Of a stretch of 64,000 nucleotides of DNA, positions 1 through 8,837 are shown piece by piece. Origin of the DNA: Pseudomonadota bacterium. Lineage in GTDB: Bacteria; UBA10199; 2-02-FULL-44-16; JAAZCA01. Under the pieces are notes generated by a model that saw nothing but the letters and a program-made list of their open reading frames with translations, was not told the DNA's origin and did not search any database. How positions within the stretch are numbered: the stretch's first letter is position 1; each line of letters starts with the position of its first letter. The stretch lies in the NCBI GenBank assembly GCA_016927275.1, contig JAFGMW010000095.1, forward strand, positions 9,247 to 73,246, given 5' to 3'. Both the position numbers and the translations under genes were made by a program.

Positions 1-245
1 CAGGCCGGTTTTTTGCGTGATTCGCAACAGGAGAAGAGACTCGAAGGGGAAAGCTCTCTGCCGACTATTCCAAACCACCTTGCTCGCGTGCCTCTTTAGG
101 GCATGCGGCCCCGGAAAGCAAGCTGTTCCTCAGGCCGCGCCGGGGACATTTCCCTGACACGCCCTTATCGGCGGGGCCCTGTGGAAGTTGCTCGATATTT
201 AAAGATGCTTGTTTTTCATGGCCTATTCCACTAGAGATCGGGCCC

Positions 246-1475
246 ATGCCACATGGAAAACAGCCGCAGAAGGACATACCCGAGCTCGGACAGCATCCGG
301 TCGAGACCGTGCCGCAGAGTTTTACCTCGCTGGGCCTCGGCGGCAAGATCTTGGACTCGATAAAACGCGTGGGATTCGAGAACCCCACGCCCATACAGTC
401 CGCGGTGATCCCGCCGGCTCTGGCGGGCCGCGACGTGATCGGGCTCGCGCAGACCGGATCGGGCAAGACCGCCGCCTTCGTGATCCCCATCGCCTCCCGG
501 CTCGAGCACGGCAAGGGGCTGCGCGGCCTCATCGTCTGCCCCACGCGCGAGATCGCGCTGCAGACCAAGGCGTTCCTCGACCTCTTCGGCAGGCCGCACC
601 GACTTTCCACCGTCTGCGTGATCGGCGGCGTGAAGATGGGGCCTCAGATCAAGGAGCTCAAGGACGGGCCGGACATCGTGGTGGCCACGCCCGGCAGGCT
701 CGTGGACCACATGCAGCGCGGGAACGTCCGCCTGAACGCGGTCGAGGAGCTGGTGCTGGACGAGGCGGACCACATGCTGGACCTGGGCTTCCTCCCCCAG
801 CTCAACAGGATACTCGAGAAGATCCCCAAGAGGCGCCACACCATGATGTTCTCCGCCACCATGCCCCCGTCGATAGAGAGGCTGGCCCGCCTGCACCTCG
901 ATGACCCGTTGCGCATAGACATACTCCCCGAGGGGCGCGCGGCCGAGGGGATAGAGCACCGCCTCTACATGGTGGACGAGTACGACAAGAAGAGGTGCCT
1001 GCTGGCGCTCATACACCAGGAGCTCGGCAGCACCCTGGTCTTCACCCGCCGCAAGATCGACGCGGACTGGCTCTGCCGGGTGCTGGAGAAGGAGGGGCAG
1101 CCGGTCACCAACATCCACTCCGACCGCACGCAGAGGGAGCGGACGGACGCGCTCGCCGGCTTCCGCGGGGGCGAGCACCGGATACTCGTCGCGACCGACA
1201 TCGCCTCGCGCGGGCTGGACATCCCCGGCATCGAGCACATCGTGAACTTCGACATCCCCCAGACGGTCGAGGAGTACATCCACCGCGCGGGACGCACCGC
1301 GCGCATGGACGCCAAGGGGCTGGTCTCCACGATCGCCACCTGGCTCGACAAGGAGATGGTGGCAAAGATCGAGGAGACGATCCGGCAGCCGCTCCCCCGC
1401 TGCACCGTGGCCGGCGTGGCCCCCTACCTCGAGGTCAAGGCCAGGTATCTCAGCAGGCGCGCGAGGCGCAGATAA
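246..1475 (+). CDS. DEAD-box ATP-dependent RNA helicase (RhlE/DeaD-like)
   Basis: Q-motif region, Walker A AQTGSGKT, DEAD box (LVLDEADHMLDLGF), SAT, HRAGRTAR motifs present in translation; 409 aa. Confidence 0.9.
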   Translation: MPHGKQPQKDIPELGQHPVETVPQSFTSLGLGGKILDSIKRVGFENPTPIQSAVIPPALAGRDVIGLAQTGSGKTAAFVIPIASRLEHGKGLRGLIVCPTREIALQTKAFLDLFGRPHRLSTVCVIGGVKMGPQIKELKDGPDIVVATPGRLVDHMQRGNVRLNAVEELVLDEADHMLDLGFLPQLNRILEKIPKRRHTMMFSATMPPSIERLARLHLDDPLRIDILPEGRAAEGIEHRLYMVDEYDKKRCLLALIHQELGSTLVFTRRKIDADWLCRVLEKEGQPVTNIHSDRTQRERTDALAGFRGGEHRILVATDIASRGLDIPGIEHIVNFDIPQTVEEYIHRAGRTARMDAKGLVSTIATWLDKEMVAKIEETIRQPLPRCTVAGVAPYLEVKARYLSRRARRR

Positions 1476-1484
1476 ACGATCCCC

Positions 1485-1823
1485 ATGGCGAACGCATGGC
1501 ACGTCTACATGATCGAGTGCAGCGACGGCACCCTCTACACCGGGGTGACGCTCGACCTGGGCCGCAGGCTCAGGGAGCACAACGCGGGCTCCGGCTCGAA
1601 ATACACCAGATCGCGCAGGCCGGTGCGGCTCGTCCACAGCGAGGCCAGGCGCGGCCGCGCCTCCGCCCAGAGGCGCGAGGCGGCCATCAAGGCGCTGACC
1701 CGCGGGGAGAAGATGCTCCTCTGCCGTGATAATTCCGTGGACACCGGTCGCCGATGCCAATATCATCGTCGGACTTCAGCGGTCCGTATGAAAAACAGAA
1801 AGTCCCATGAGGGGGTTATATGA
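1485..1823 (+). CDS. GIY-YIG nuclease family protein (YhbQ/UPF0213-like)
   Basis: N-terminal WHVYMIECSDGTLYTGVTLDLGRRLREHN matches GIY-YIG catalytic module; small size; 3' end overlaps next gene by 4 nt. Confidence 0.75.
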   Translation: MANAWHVYMIECSDGTLYTGVTLDLGRRLREHNAGSGSKYTRSRRPVRLVHSEARRGRASAQRREAAIKALTRGEKMLLCRDNSVDTGRRCQYHRRTSAVRMKNRKSHEGVI

Positions 1824-2926
1824 AGAAGAGCGTGGTGATGATCCTGCTGGTTCTCACGGCCGCGGCCGCATCGGCCGCGACCATCGGCGTGCAGAAGCTC
1901 GCCGGGAAACTCGGCGAGGCCGGGGGGCTTCTCATATTGACCGACGAGCGCTGCAAGGACTGCGACACCGGCCGCATCGAGTCGGCATTGAAAGTCGCCT
2001 TCCCGGAGAGCCCGGTCTCCGTCGTCGACTACGGCCAGCGCAGGGGCAGGAAGCTCTACGAGAGCGAGGGGGTGGAAAAACTGCCGGCGGCCCTCATCCC
2101 CAGGGCCTACTCCGAGAAGGAGAGCTTCAAGCGATTCGAGCGCTTCGCCAAATTGGGCAAGGACTATTACCTCCTATCCACAGGGGGAAAGTTCGACCCC
2201 AAGGCCGAGATCTGCGACAACGGGAAGGACGACAACGGCGACGGGCTGGTCGACTGCGAAGACCCGGCCTGCAAGGCCGACTGGCGCTGCATGGAGAAGC
2301 GCGACAGGCCCGACGTGGACGTGTTCGTGATGTCCCACTGCCCGTTCGGCACCCAGATAGAGAAGGGGCTGCTGCCGGTGTGGGACCTCTTCGGCGACAA
2401 GATCGATCTCAACATCCGCTTCGTGGGCTACGCCATGCACGGCAAGAGGGAGGTCGACGAGCAGCTCAAGCAGCACTGCGTGGCCGCTCAGGGCAAGGGC
2501 AAGTTCAGGAAATACCTCGAGTGCTTCCTCAGGGACGGCGCGGAGAGCGACAGGTGCGACAAGGAGGCCAAAGTCGACGCGGCAGCGCTCGCCGCATGCA
2601 TCAGGGAGACCGACAGGCGCCTGGGCGTGACCGCGGGCCTCGAGGACAAATCGAAGTGGATGGGCCGCTTCCCGCCCTTCCCCATCGACGCCGAGCTCGG
2701 GGAGAAATACGGCGTGCGCGGCTCCCCCACCGTCGTGATCAACGACGCGGTGGTCCAGTCGGGCCGCAGCCCCAAGGCGCTCCGCGACGCGATCTGCATG
2801 GGTTTCAAGGAAAAGCCCGAGGAGTGCGCAAAGGAGATGGACGACTCGACCCCCTCGCCCGGCTTCGGCCTGAGCAAGGGCGCCGGCCCGGGCGGCAAGG
2901 CTTCCGCCGCGAAGTGCGGCGACTGA
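1820..2926 (+). CDS. secreted thioredoxin-fold protein (DsbA/GILT-like) with Asp-rich Ca-binding-like insert
   Basis: N-terminal signal peptide (MKKSVVMILLVLTAAAASAA); VFVMSHCPFGTQ thioredoxin-like active-site region; DNGKDDNGDGLVDCEDPAC Asp/Gly-rich motif; many Cys. Confidence 0.5.
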   Translation: MKKSVVMILLVLTAAAASAATIGVQKLAGKLGEAGGLLILTDERCKDCDTGRIESALKVAFPESPVSVVDYGQRRGRKLYESEGVEKLPAALIPRAYSEKESFKRFERFAKLGKDYYLLSTGGKFDPKAEICDNGKDDNGDGLVDCEDPACKADWRCMEKRDRPDVDVFVMSHCPFGTQIEKGLLPVWDLFGDKIDLNIRFVGYAMHGKREVDEQLKQHCVAAQGKGKFRKYLECFLRDGAESDRCDKEAKVDAAALAACIRETDRRLGVTAGLEDKSKWMGRFPPFPIDAELGEKYGVRGSPTVVINDAVVQSGRSPKALRDAICMGFKEKPEECAKEMDDSTPSPGFGLSKGAGPGGKASAAKCGD

Positions 2927-2932
2927 GCCGAC

Positions 2933-4627
2933 TCACGCGAAGAGAGCCTGCACCGTCCTTGCGAGATCTTCGTCGGAAGACCTGCCTATCGCGACCCGGC
3001 TCCCGGGCATCTGCATGACCCTCGCGATCATCGCAAGGATGTCCACGTGGACGTCCTTGAGGTCCGCCGGGGAGACGAGGAGAAAGACCTGGTTCACCGG
3101 CCTGCCGTCAGGCGCGTCCCAGTAGATGCCCGACCTCGACCTCCCGAACGCCACGATCGGCTCGACCACGCCCTCCATCCTCACGTGCGGGAGCGCGACC
3201 CCGCAGCCCACCGCGGTGCCGTACTCCTCCTCGCGCCTGATGGCCTCGTCCGCTATCCTCTCCTCCATACCGGGCCCGAGCCTGACCGCCGCCCTGCGGG
3301 CCAGCTCCCTGATGGCGCCCGCGCGGTCCTGAGCCGCCAGCGCCGGTATCACCATGTCGCCCGCCAGATAGCCCGATACGCGGACCGCCGCCCTGCGGCC
3401 CAGAGCCCGGCGCATCCACGGCCCGGCCACCAGCGAAGAGAACACGGCGCTGAACACGATCGCCACGAAGACCGTGTCGTTTATGATCCCGCTCTCGAGC
3501 GCCAGATACGCCACCACGACCTCCATCATCCCGCCGGGCGTGTGCGCGATCGAGATGATGCGCCTGTTGAGGCGAGGCACCCTGGTCAGCGAGACTCCGA
3601 TCCACGCGCCCACATACCGTCCCGCGATCCCGATTGCGCACATGAAGACCACGAGGAAGAGGTCGAACCCCTTCACGAAATCGATCTTGAGCCCTATGCT
3701 CGCGAAGAAGAGCGGCACGAAGATCGCGTGGACCATCTGGGATATGATGTTGCGCGACTCCTCGGAGAGGCTCTTGGCCTCCCCTATCATTACCCCCGCT
3801 ATGAAGAATCCGAACAGGGCGTGGATCCCCAGCCCCTGCGTTATCGCGCCGAACAGAAGCGCCAGCAGGCACGCGAAGGTCAGCGACGAGCCCGGCTCCG
3901 GCATCTGCCTGCGCCTGAGCGCGCCGAGGGCCGCCGCCGAGAGATAGCGGCCCGCGGTGAGCGCCAGGGCCGCGAACCCGACCGTGGCCGCGAAGATTAT
4001 GAAAACGCCCTTCACGCTCACCGCAGCCTGCGAGAATAGGCCGAGGACTATGGTGAAGAGCACCCATCCCACGATGTCGTTCACGGCGAGCGCGGACATG
4101 ATGAGGAATCCCAGATCGGCCTTGAGGAGATTCAGGTCGCGCAGGATCCTCGCCGCCACCGGCATCGCGCTTATGGTCATGACCGTGGCCATGAACAGCG
4201 CAAACAGTATCCGGTGGTCCGCATCGACGAGATAGTGCGCGGGGAGGAAGAGGCACGGCACGAACGCGATGAGCATGGGGATGACGATGTCGGAGAAGGC
4301 GATCACCAGCGCGTTGCCCCTCTGCCGCCACGCCACCGAGAAGTCTATCTCGAGCCCGGTGTCGAGGAGCAGAAACAGAACCCCGATCCAGGCCATGGTC
4401 TCGAGCATGTTCATCTGCAGGACATCGGCGGGGAAAATCGCCGCATGCACGCCGGGCAGAAAGCGGCCGAGTATCGTGGGCCCGAGCACCACGCCCACGA
4501 GCAGCTCGCCGGTCAGGGCCGGCTGCCCCCTCCTGCGGAGGAACTCCCCCAGCCCCCGGGTGAGCGCGAGCAGGACGAGGACCTGGATCAGAAAGAGAAA
4601 GATGTGCGTCTCGTCCAGGTAGTGCAC
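2933..4627 (-). CDS. monovalent cation:proton antiporter (CPA family) fused to C-terminal PTS EIIA(Ntr/Fru)-type regulatory domain
   Basis: Multiple TM helices throughout N-terminal 400 aa typical of Na+/H+ exchangers; C-terminal ~150 aa with EIIA-2 signature (GVALPHVRMEGVVEPIVAFGRS...VFLLVSP). Confidence 0.8.
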   Translation of the reverse strand: MHYLDETHIFLFLIQVLVLLALTRGLGEFLRRRGQPALTGELLVGVVLGPTILGRFLPGVHAAIFPADVLQMNMLETMAWIGVLFLLLDTGLEIDFSVAWRQRGNALVIAFSDIVIPMLIAFVPCLFLPAHYLVDADHRILFALFMATVMTISAMPVAARILRDLNLLKADLGFLIMSALAVNDIVGWVLFTIVLGLFSQAAVSVKGVFIIFAATVGFAALALTAGRYLSAAALGALRRRQMPEPGSSLTFACLLALLFGAITQGLGIHALFGFFIAGVMIGEAKSLSEESRNIISQMVHAIFVPLFFASIGLKIDFVKGFDLFLVVFMCAIGIAGRYVGAWIGVSLTRVPRLNRRIISIAHTPGGMMEVVVAYLALESGIINDTVFVAIVFSAVFSSLVAGPWMRRALGRRAAVRVSGYLAGDMVIPALAAQDRAGAIRELARRAAVRLGPGMEERIADEAIRREEEYGTAVGCGVALPHVRMEGVVEPIVAFGRSRSGIYWDAPDGRPVNQVFLLVSPADLKDVHVDILAMIARVMQMPGSRVAIGRSSDEDLARTVQALFA

Positions 4628-4642
4628 GGCAGAAGCCCCCCT

Positions 4643-5725
4643 TCACCTCACCGGATGATGCGCGGTCTCGCTGAGCATCGACGACGGGATCTTCTCCACG
4701 ATGTTGAGCCCGATCGACCTCGTGATGAAGGCGCCCCCAAGCACCATCCACAGGTACGTGGTGAAGAACCGCCACAGCACTATGAAGACCCCCAGCAGGT
4801 GCGTCGGCACGTAGGCGGCGAACATTATGTAGGAGCCGCCCTCCGCCACCCCGGACCCGCCGGGCGTGGGCGTGAAATAGAGGAAGAAGTAGAGCACGAA
4901 CTGGATCATCACCACCACCAGCGGCGATATCATGAAGCCCAGCCCCGCGAGGATCGCGTACGCTATTAGGTAATTGGCGGCCATCGACAGCAGCGTGAGC
5001 GCCACCACGGCGAGGATCGTCTTCCTGCGGTATTTCAAAAAGCTCTTGAGGCAGGCGACGAAGTCGTCGATCCACGTGTCCATCTTCTTCTCGATCGTCT
5101 CCGCGTAGCGGGAGAGGATTTTCCACTTCGCCGCCCTCAGCCGCACCCGGCGGATCAGCCTCTCGATCTTCCGCGGATTGTGGAACGCGTACGCCAAAAA
5201 GACCACGGCCAGCGATATGACGGCCGCGATCGAGTAGAAGAACTTCCTCAGATAGACGTTCTCTATGAGATCGCCGCGGAAATAGATTATCGAAGGTGCG
5301 GCCACCGCTATCACGAGGAGCACGAGGAAGCCGCGGACGAGCGCGATGGTGAGCGCCTTGCCGAAGGGCACCCCCTTCTTGGTTAGCATGTATATCATGA
5401 GCGGCTCGCCGCCGGTCACAGTGGGCGATATCGAAGAGAGGAACCAGTAGGAGAGAACGGTCTCGACCGCGTAGAGGAACCCTATCCTCGTCTCAGCGGC
5501 CGCCGCGAGGACCTTTATTATGACCGCGTTCAGCGATATCATGGCCGCCCCGAGAATCAGGGCGAGCAGCAGGTAGGAGGAGTTCATCTCCCTGATCGCG
5601 TGCCAGGTCTCAGGCCCCGCAGTCTTGGCGATCACCAGGCCTATGATGAATATGGTGATGGCGCAGAAGATCAGAAACAGCCTCTTGATCGACGCGCCTT
5701 TTTTTTTGGCCGGCCCCTTGTGCAT
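4643..5725 (-). CDS. UPF0104/flippase-like (LPG-synthase TM-like) integral membrane protein
   Basis: Polytopic membrane protein with conserved TPTPGGSGVAEGG motif; start chosen at internal ATG (MHKGPAKKK) rather than table start 5800. Confidence 0.65.
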   Translation of the reverse strand: MHKGPAKKKGASIKRLFLIFCAITIFIIGLVIAKTAGPETWHAIREMNSSYLLLALILGAAMISLNAVIIKVLAAAAETRIGFLYAVETVLSYWFLSSISPTVTGGEPLMIYMLTKKGVPFGKALTIALVRGFLVLLVIAVAAPSIIYFRGDLIENVYLRKFFYSIAAVISLAVVFLAYAFHNPRKIERLIRRVRLRAAKWKILSRYAETIEKKMDTWIDDFVACLKSFLKYRRKTILAVVALTLLSMAANYLIAYAILAGLGFMISPLVVVMIQFVLYFFLYFTPTPGGSGVAEGGSYIMFAAYVPTHLLGVFIVLWRFFTTYLWMVLGGAFITRSIGLNIVEKIPSSMLSETAHHPVR

Positions 5726-5955
5726 CCCGCGCCTTCCCCCTTTGAGTTTTGATACACCATCGGGCAGCAGATGACAATCGTCCGCAACGCGGCGGCGCAT
5801 CTGCCGGCAAACGGCCGCACGGCAAGGGTTGCAGGGCGGAGGCCCCGGGCGGCGGCGGGGGAAATTTGCCCTTGTTTTCGGAGGGGCCCCCGGATATACA
5901 GCTTCGCAATATTCAGATATCTTTACGTTTTTTTGTCTCAGGAGGAAGCGAAGAC

Positions 5956-7140
5956 ATGGATAAGAAAAAAGGGGGCTGCCCCGGAAAGGCCAAATACCTC
6001 TCAGGGAAGAGGATCCTCCCTGAGCCGATCAGCGGCGCCACCAGCATCACAGAGCTCATCGACAACATGGACGCCTACAACGGGGGGAGGCTCCGGACAG
6101 CGTGCCACCTGATGAGGGACCGCTACTCGAAGGACGACGTGACCGTGGGGCTGTCGCTGGCCGGCGCGCTCACCCCTGCGGGGCTGGGGCCCTCCTCGGT
6201 CATCCCGCTCATGAACCACGGCTTCGTGGACTGGATCTCCGCCACAGGCGCCAACATGTACCACGACATCCACTACGCGTTCGACCTGCCGCTCTTCCGG
6301 GGCAGCCACAACGTGGACGACGCGGACCTGCGGGCCAAGGGCGTGACCCGCATCTACGACATCCTCTTCGACTACGAGGACGTGCTCATGGAGACCGACC
6401 GCAGGCTCCGCGAGATGCTGGTGCGGCCCGAGTTCCAGAAGGAGATGGGCACGCGGGAGTTCTACCACCACCTCGGCAGGCTGCTGGACGAATACGAGAG
6501 GAAGAACAGCCTGGGCCAAGTGAGCATCGTGGCGGCCGCATACCGCAACGGCATCCCGATCTTCACCTCATCCCCCGGCGACTCCACCATCGGCATGAAC
6601 GTGGCCGGCGTGGAGCTTCTGGCCGAGGCCTCGGGGCTCCTCAATAAATTCAGGCTCAAGATAAACCCGAGCATCGACGTGAACGACTCGACCGCCATCA
6701 TCCTCAACGCGAAGCGCTACGAGAAGGGGAAGACCGGCGTGATCCTCATCGGCGGCGGGAGCCCCAAGAACTTCATGCTCCAGACCGAACCGCAGATCCA
6801 GGAAGTGCTCATGATCCCGGAGATGGGCCAGGACTACGACATCAACATAACCGACGCCAGGCCCGACACCGGAGGCCTCTCGGGCGCCCCGCCCTCCGAG
6901 GCCGCGAGCTGGGGCAAGATCGACCCGAACCAGCTCGACGAGACGGTGACCGCCTACCTGGACGTGACCGCGGCATTCCCGATGATGGTCGCTTACACCA
7001 TACAGACGACCAGGCCCAAGAAACAGAAGAGGCTCTACGACAGGGGCGAGGAGCTGCGCAAGAAGCTCATAGAGTCGTATCTGGAGAACAACAAGGAAGT
7101 GGAACACCTGCGCGGCCTCATAAGGAAACTCGGGTCATAG
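5956..7140 (+). CDS. deoxyhypusine synthase-like protein (homospermidine synthase family)
   Basis: DHS-family features (ITELIDNMDAYNGGRLRTA, SLAGALTPAGLG, SSPGDSTIGMN, ILIGGGSPKN); start set at ATG 5956 preceded by GGAGGA RBS; adjacent decarboxylase. Confidence 0.75.
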   Translation: MDKKKGGCPGKAKYLSGKRILPEPISGATSITELIDNMDAYNGGRLRTACHLMRDRYSKDDVTVGLSLAGALTPAGLGPSSVIPLMNHGFVDWISATGANMYHDIHYAFDLPLFRGSHNVDDADLRAKGVTRIYDILFDYEDVLMETDRRLREMLVRPEFQKEMGTREFYHHLGRLLDEYERKNSLGQVSIVAAAYRNGIPIFTSSPGDSTIGMNVAGVELLAEASGLLNKFRLKINPSIDVNDSTAIILNAKRYEKGKTGVILIGGGSPKNFMLQTEPQIQEVLMIPEMGQDYDINITDARPDTGGLSGAPPSEAASWGKIDPNQLDETVTAYLDVTAAFPMMVAYTIQTTRPKKQKRLYDRGEELRKKLIESYLENNKEVEHLRGLIRKLGS

Positions 7141-7152
7141 AGGGGGGAAGAG

Positions 7153-8286
7153 ATGAAAGACAGGCTCCTGGAGCTGGCGAAGCACCACGGCACTCCCCTC
7201 TTCGTAGTGGACCACGAGAGGATAAGGGAGAACTACCGGGCGTTCAAGAAACACCTGCCGCGAGTGCAGTGCTACTACGCGGTGAAAGCGAACTCCAACC
7301 AGGAGATCATAAAGACCCTCTTCAAGGAGGGGGCGAGCTTCGACGTGGCCTCCTACAACGAGTTCATGCAGGTCTACGAGTACCTCGTCCTCTTCGAGGA
7401 GAAGGAGAAGGAGTTCTACATCTGGGACAAGATCATCTTCTCCAACACCATCAAGGACAGGGGCACGCTGCAGAAGATAAAGAAATACAAGCCCCTGATG
7501 ACCTACGACAACAGGGACGAACTCAAGAAGATAAAGGAGCACTGCGAGAGCGCGGGGCTGGTGCTGCGCCTCAAGGTCCCGGACACCGGCTCCCAGGTGG
7601 AGATGGGATCGAAGTTCGGGGCGGAGCCGGCCGACGCGGCGAACCTTATAAAGGAGGCGTTCGACCTGGGGCTCTCGGTCGAGGGGCTCTCCTTCCACGT
7701 GGGCAGCCAGTGCGTAAATTTCGACAACTACGTGGCCGCCCTCCAGCTCGCCTCGGAGATCTTCCACGACTCGCGCAAGAAGGGCTACAAGTTTAACATA
7801 GTCGACCTCGGCGGCGGATTCCCCGCGCCCTACGACGCGCAGGTCCCGGAATTCGCGAGGCTCGCGGAGATCATCGGTTCGGAGTGCGCGAGGCTCTTCC
7901 CGAAGGACGCGGAGATAATCGCGGAGCCGGGCAGGTTCATGGTCGCGACCGCGGCGACGCTCGTGGCCGAGATCATCGGCAAGGCGCGCCGCGACGGCAA
8001 GGTCTTCTACCACATCAACGACGGCGTCTATCACACCTTCTCGGGCGTGGTCTTCGACCACTGGATCCCGAACTTCCACGCCTTCCGGGAGGGGAAGACC
8101 GAGGTCTGCGCGGTGGTCGGCCCCACCTGCGACAGCTTCGACAAGATATCTCTCTCCGAGCAGCTGCCCGCCGACCTCCAGATCGGCGATTTCCTCTACA
8201 CCGGAAACATCGGCGCGTACAGCGTGGCGTCGTCGACGAAGTTCAACGGCTTCGACGGCGCGAAGATCCTGCATATAAACAATTGA
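7153..8286 (+). CDS. PLP-dependent group IV decarboxylase (ornithine/lysine/arginine decarboxylase family)
   Basis: YYAVKANSN (PLP-Lys motif), GASFDVAS, HVGSQC, GGGFP, CDSFD motifs of Orn/DAP/Arg decarboxylase family 2. Confidence 0.8.
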   Translation: MKDRLLELAKHHGTPLFVVDHERIRENYRAFKKHLPRVQCYYAVKANSNQEIIKTLFKEGASFDVASYNEFMQVYEYLVLFEEKEKEFYIWDKIIFSNTIKDRGTLQKIKKYKPLMTYDNRDELKKIKEHCESAGLVLRLKVPDTGSQVEMGSKFGAEPADAANLIKEAFDLGLSVEGLSFHVGSQCVNFDNYVAALQLASEIFHDSRKKGYKFNIVDLGGGFPAPYDAQVPEFARLAEIIGSECARLFPKDAEIIAEPGRFMVATAATLVAEIIGKARRDGKVFYHINDGVYHTFSGVVFDHWIPNFHAFREGKTEVCAVVGPTCDSFDKISLSEQLPADLQIGDFLYTGNIGAYSVASSTKFNGFDGAKILHINN

Positions 8287-8313
8287 AACGGCGGTGAACA
8301 ATAAGGAGGTCGT

Positions 8314-8739
8314 ATGAAGAAGACGGTGATATGCTTGGCAGTTCTCGCGTCCCTGCTCGCCCTCGCTCTGGCCGCCCATGCCCGCGCTGAGTGCAAGGTC
8401 GGCTCAAAGGCGCAGGTTCTCTGGAAGGGGAGCTGGTATCCGGCCTCGGTAAAGAAGATGAAGGGCGATCAGGCATACATCCACTATGACGGTTACAATA
8501 ACTCCTGGGACGAGTGGGTAAGCCCGGAGCGGATCAAGTGCACAGTCGCCGCCGCCGCGACGGCCAAACCCGCCTCGTTCTCGGAGGGCGACGCGGTATC
8601 GATCAAGTGGAAGGGCACATGGTACGATGCCCACGTGATCGGCGTGAATAAGAAAAAGGACTCCTGGAAGATCCACTACGACGGTTACAACAGCTCCTGG
8701 GACGAGTGGGTGGGTGCGGATCGCATCAGGACGAAGTGA
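8314..8739 (+). CDS. secreted protein with two tandem Tudor/Agenet-like (SH3-fold) repeats
   Basis: Signal peptide; two ~50-aa repeats (VLWKGSWYPASV...IHYDGYNNSWDEWVSPERI / IKWKGTWYDAHV...IHYDGYNSSWDEWVGADRI); RBS AAGGAGG upstream. Confidence 0.55.
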   Translation: MKKTVICLAVLASLLALALAAHARAECKVGSKAQVLWKGSWYPASVKKMKGDQAYIHYDGYNNSWDEWVSPERIKCTVAAAATAKPASFSEGDAVSIKWKGTWYDAHVIGVNKKKDSWKIHYDGYNSSWDEWVGADRIRTK

Positions 8740-8783
8740 TCCCTTTCCCCTTGGACGGTGCACCACCTTGCCCTGAAAGAAGA

Positions 8784-8818
8784 GACCGGCGGCGCATTGA
8801 GCGCCGCCGGTCTTTTTT
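8784..8818. terminator. bidirectional rho-independent terminator between convergent genes
   Basis: Perfect hairpin gaccggcggcgc-attga-gcgccgccggtc followed by T6; A-run on other side. Confidence 0.7.
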
Positions 8819-8837
8819 CCGTCACAAGAGAAACTGA

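Noticed and set aside
1-20. Possible terminator tail (ggccggtttttt) at window start
   Set aside because: Hairpin is truncated by the window edge and cannot be evaluated
209-1766. ORFs 209-904(+), 231-1766(-), 995-1729(+) overlapping the DEAD-box helicase
   Set aside because: The helicase frame carries all canonical motifs; the others are high-GC frame shadows
3108-5126. 672-aa minus ORF and 3047-4039/4214-4969 plus ORFs overlapping the antiporter and UPF0104 genes
   Set aside because: Alternative-frame shadows with RG/HD-rich composition; the membrane-protein frames have clear TM periodicity and motifs
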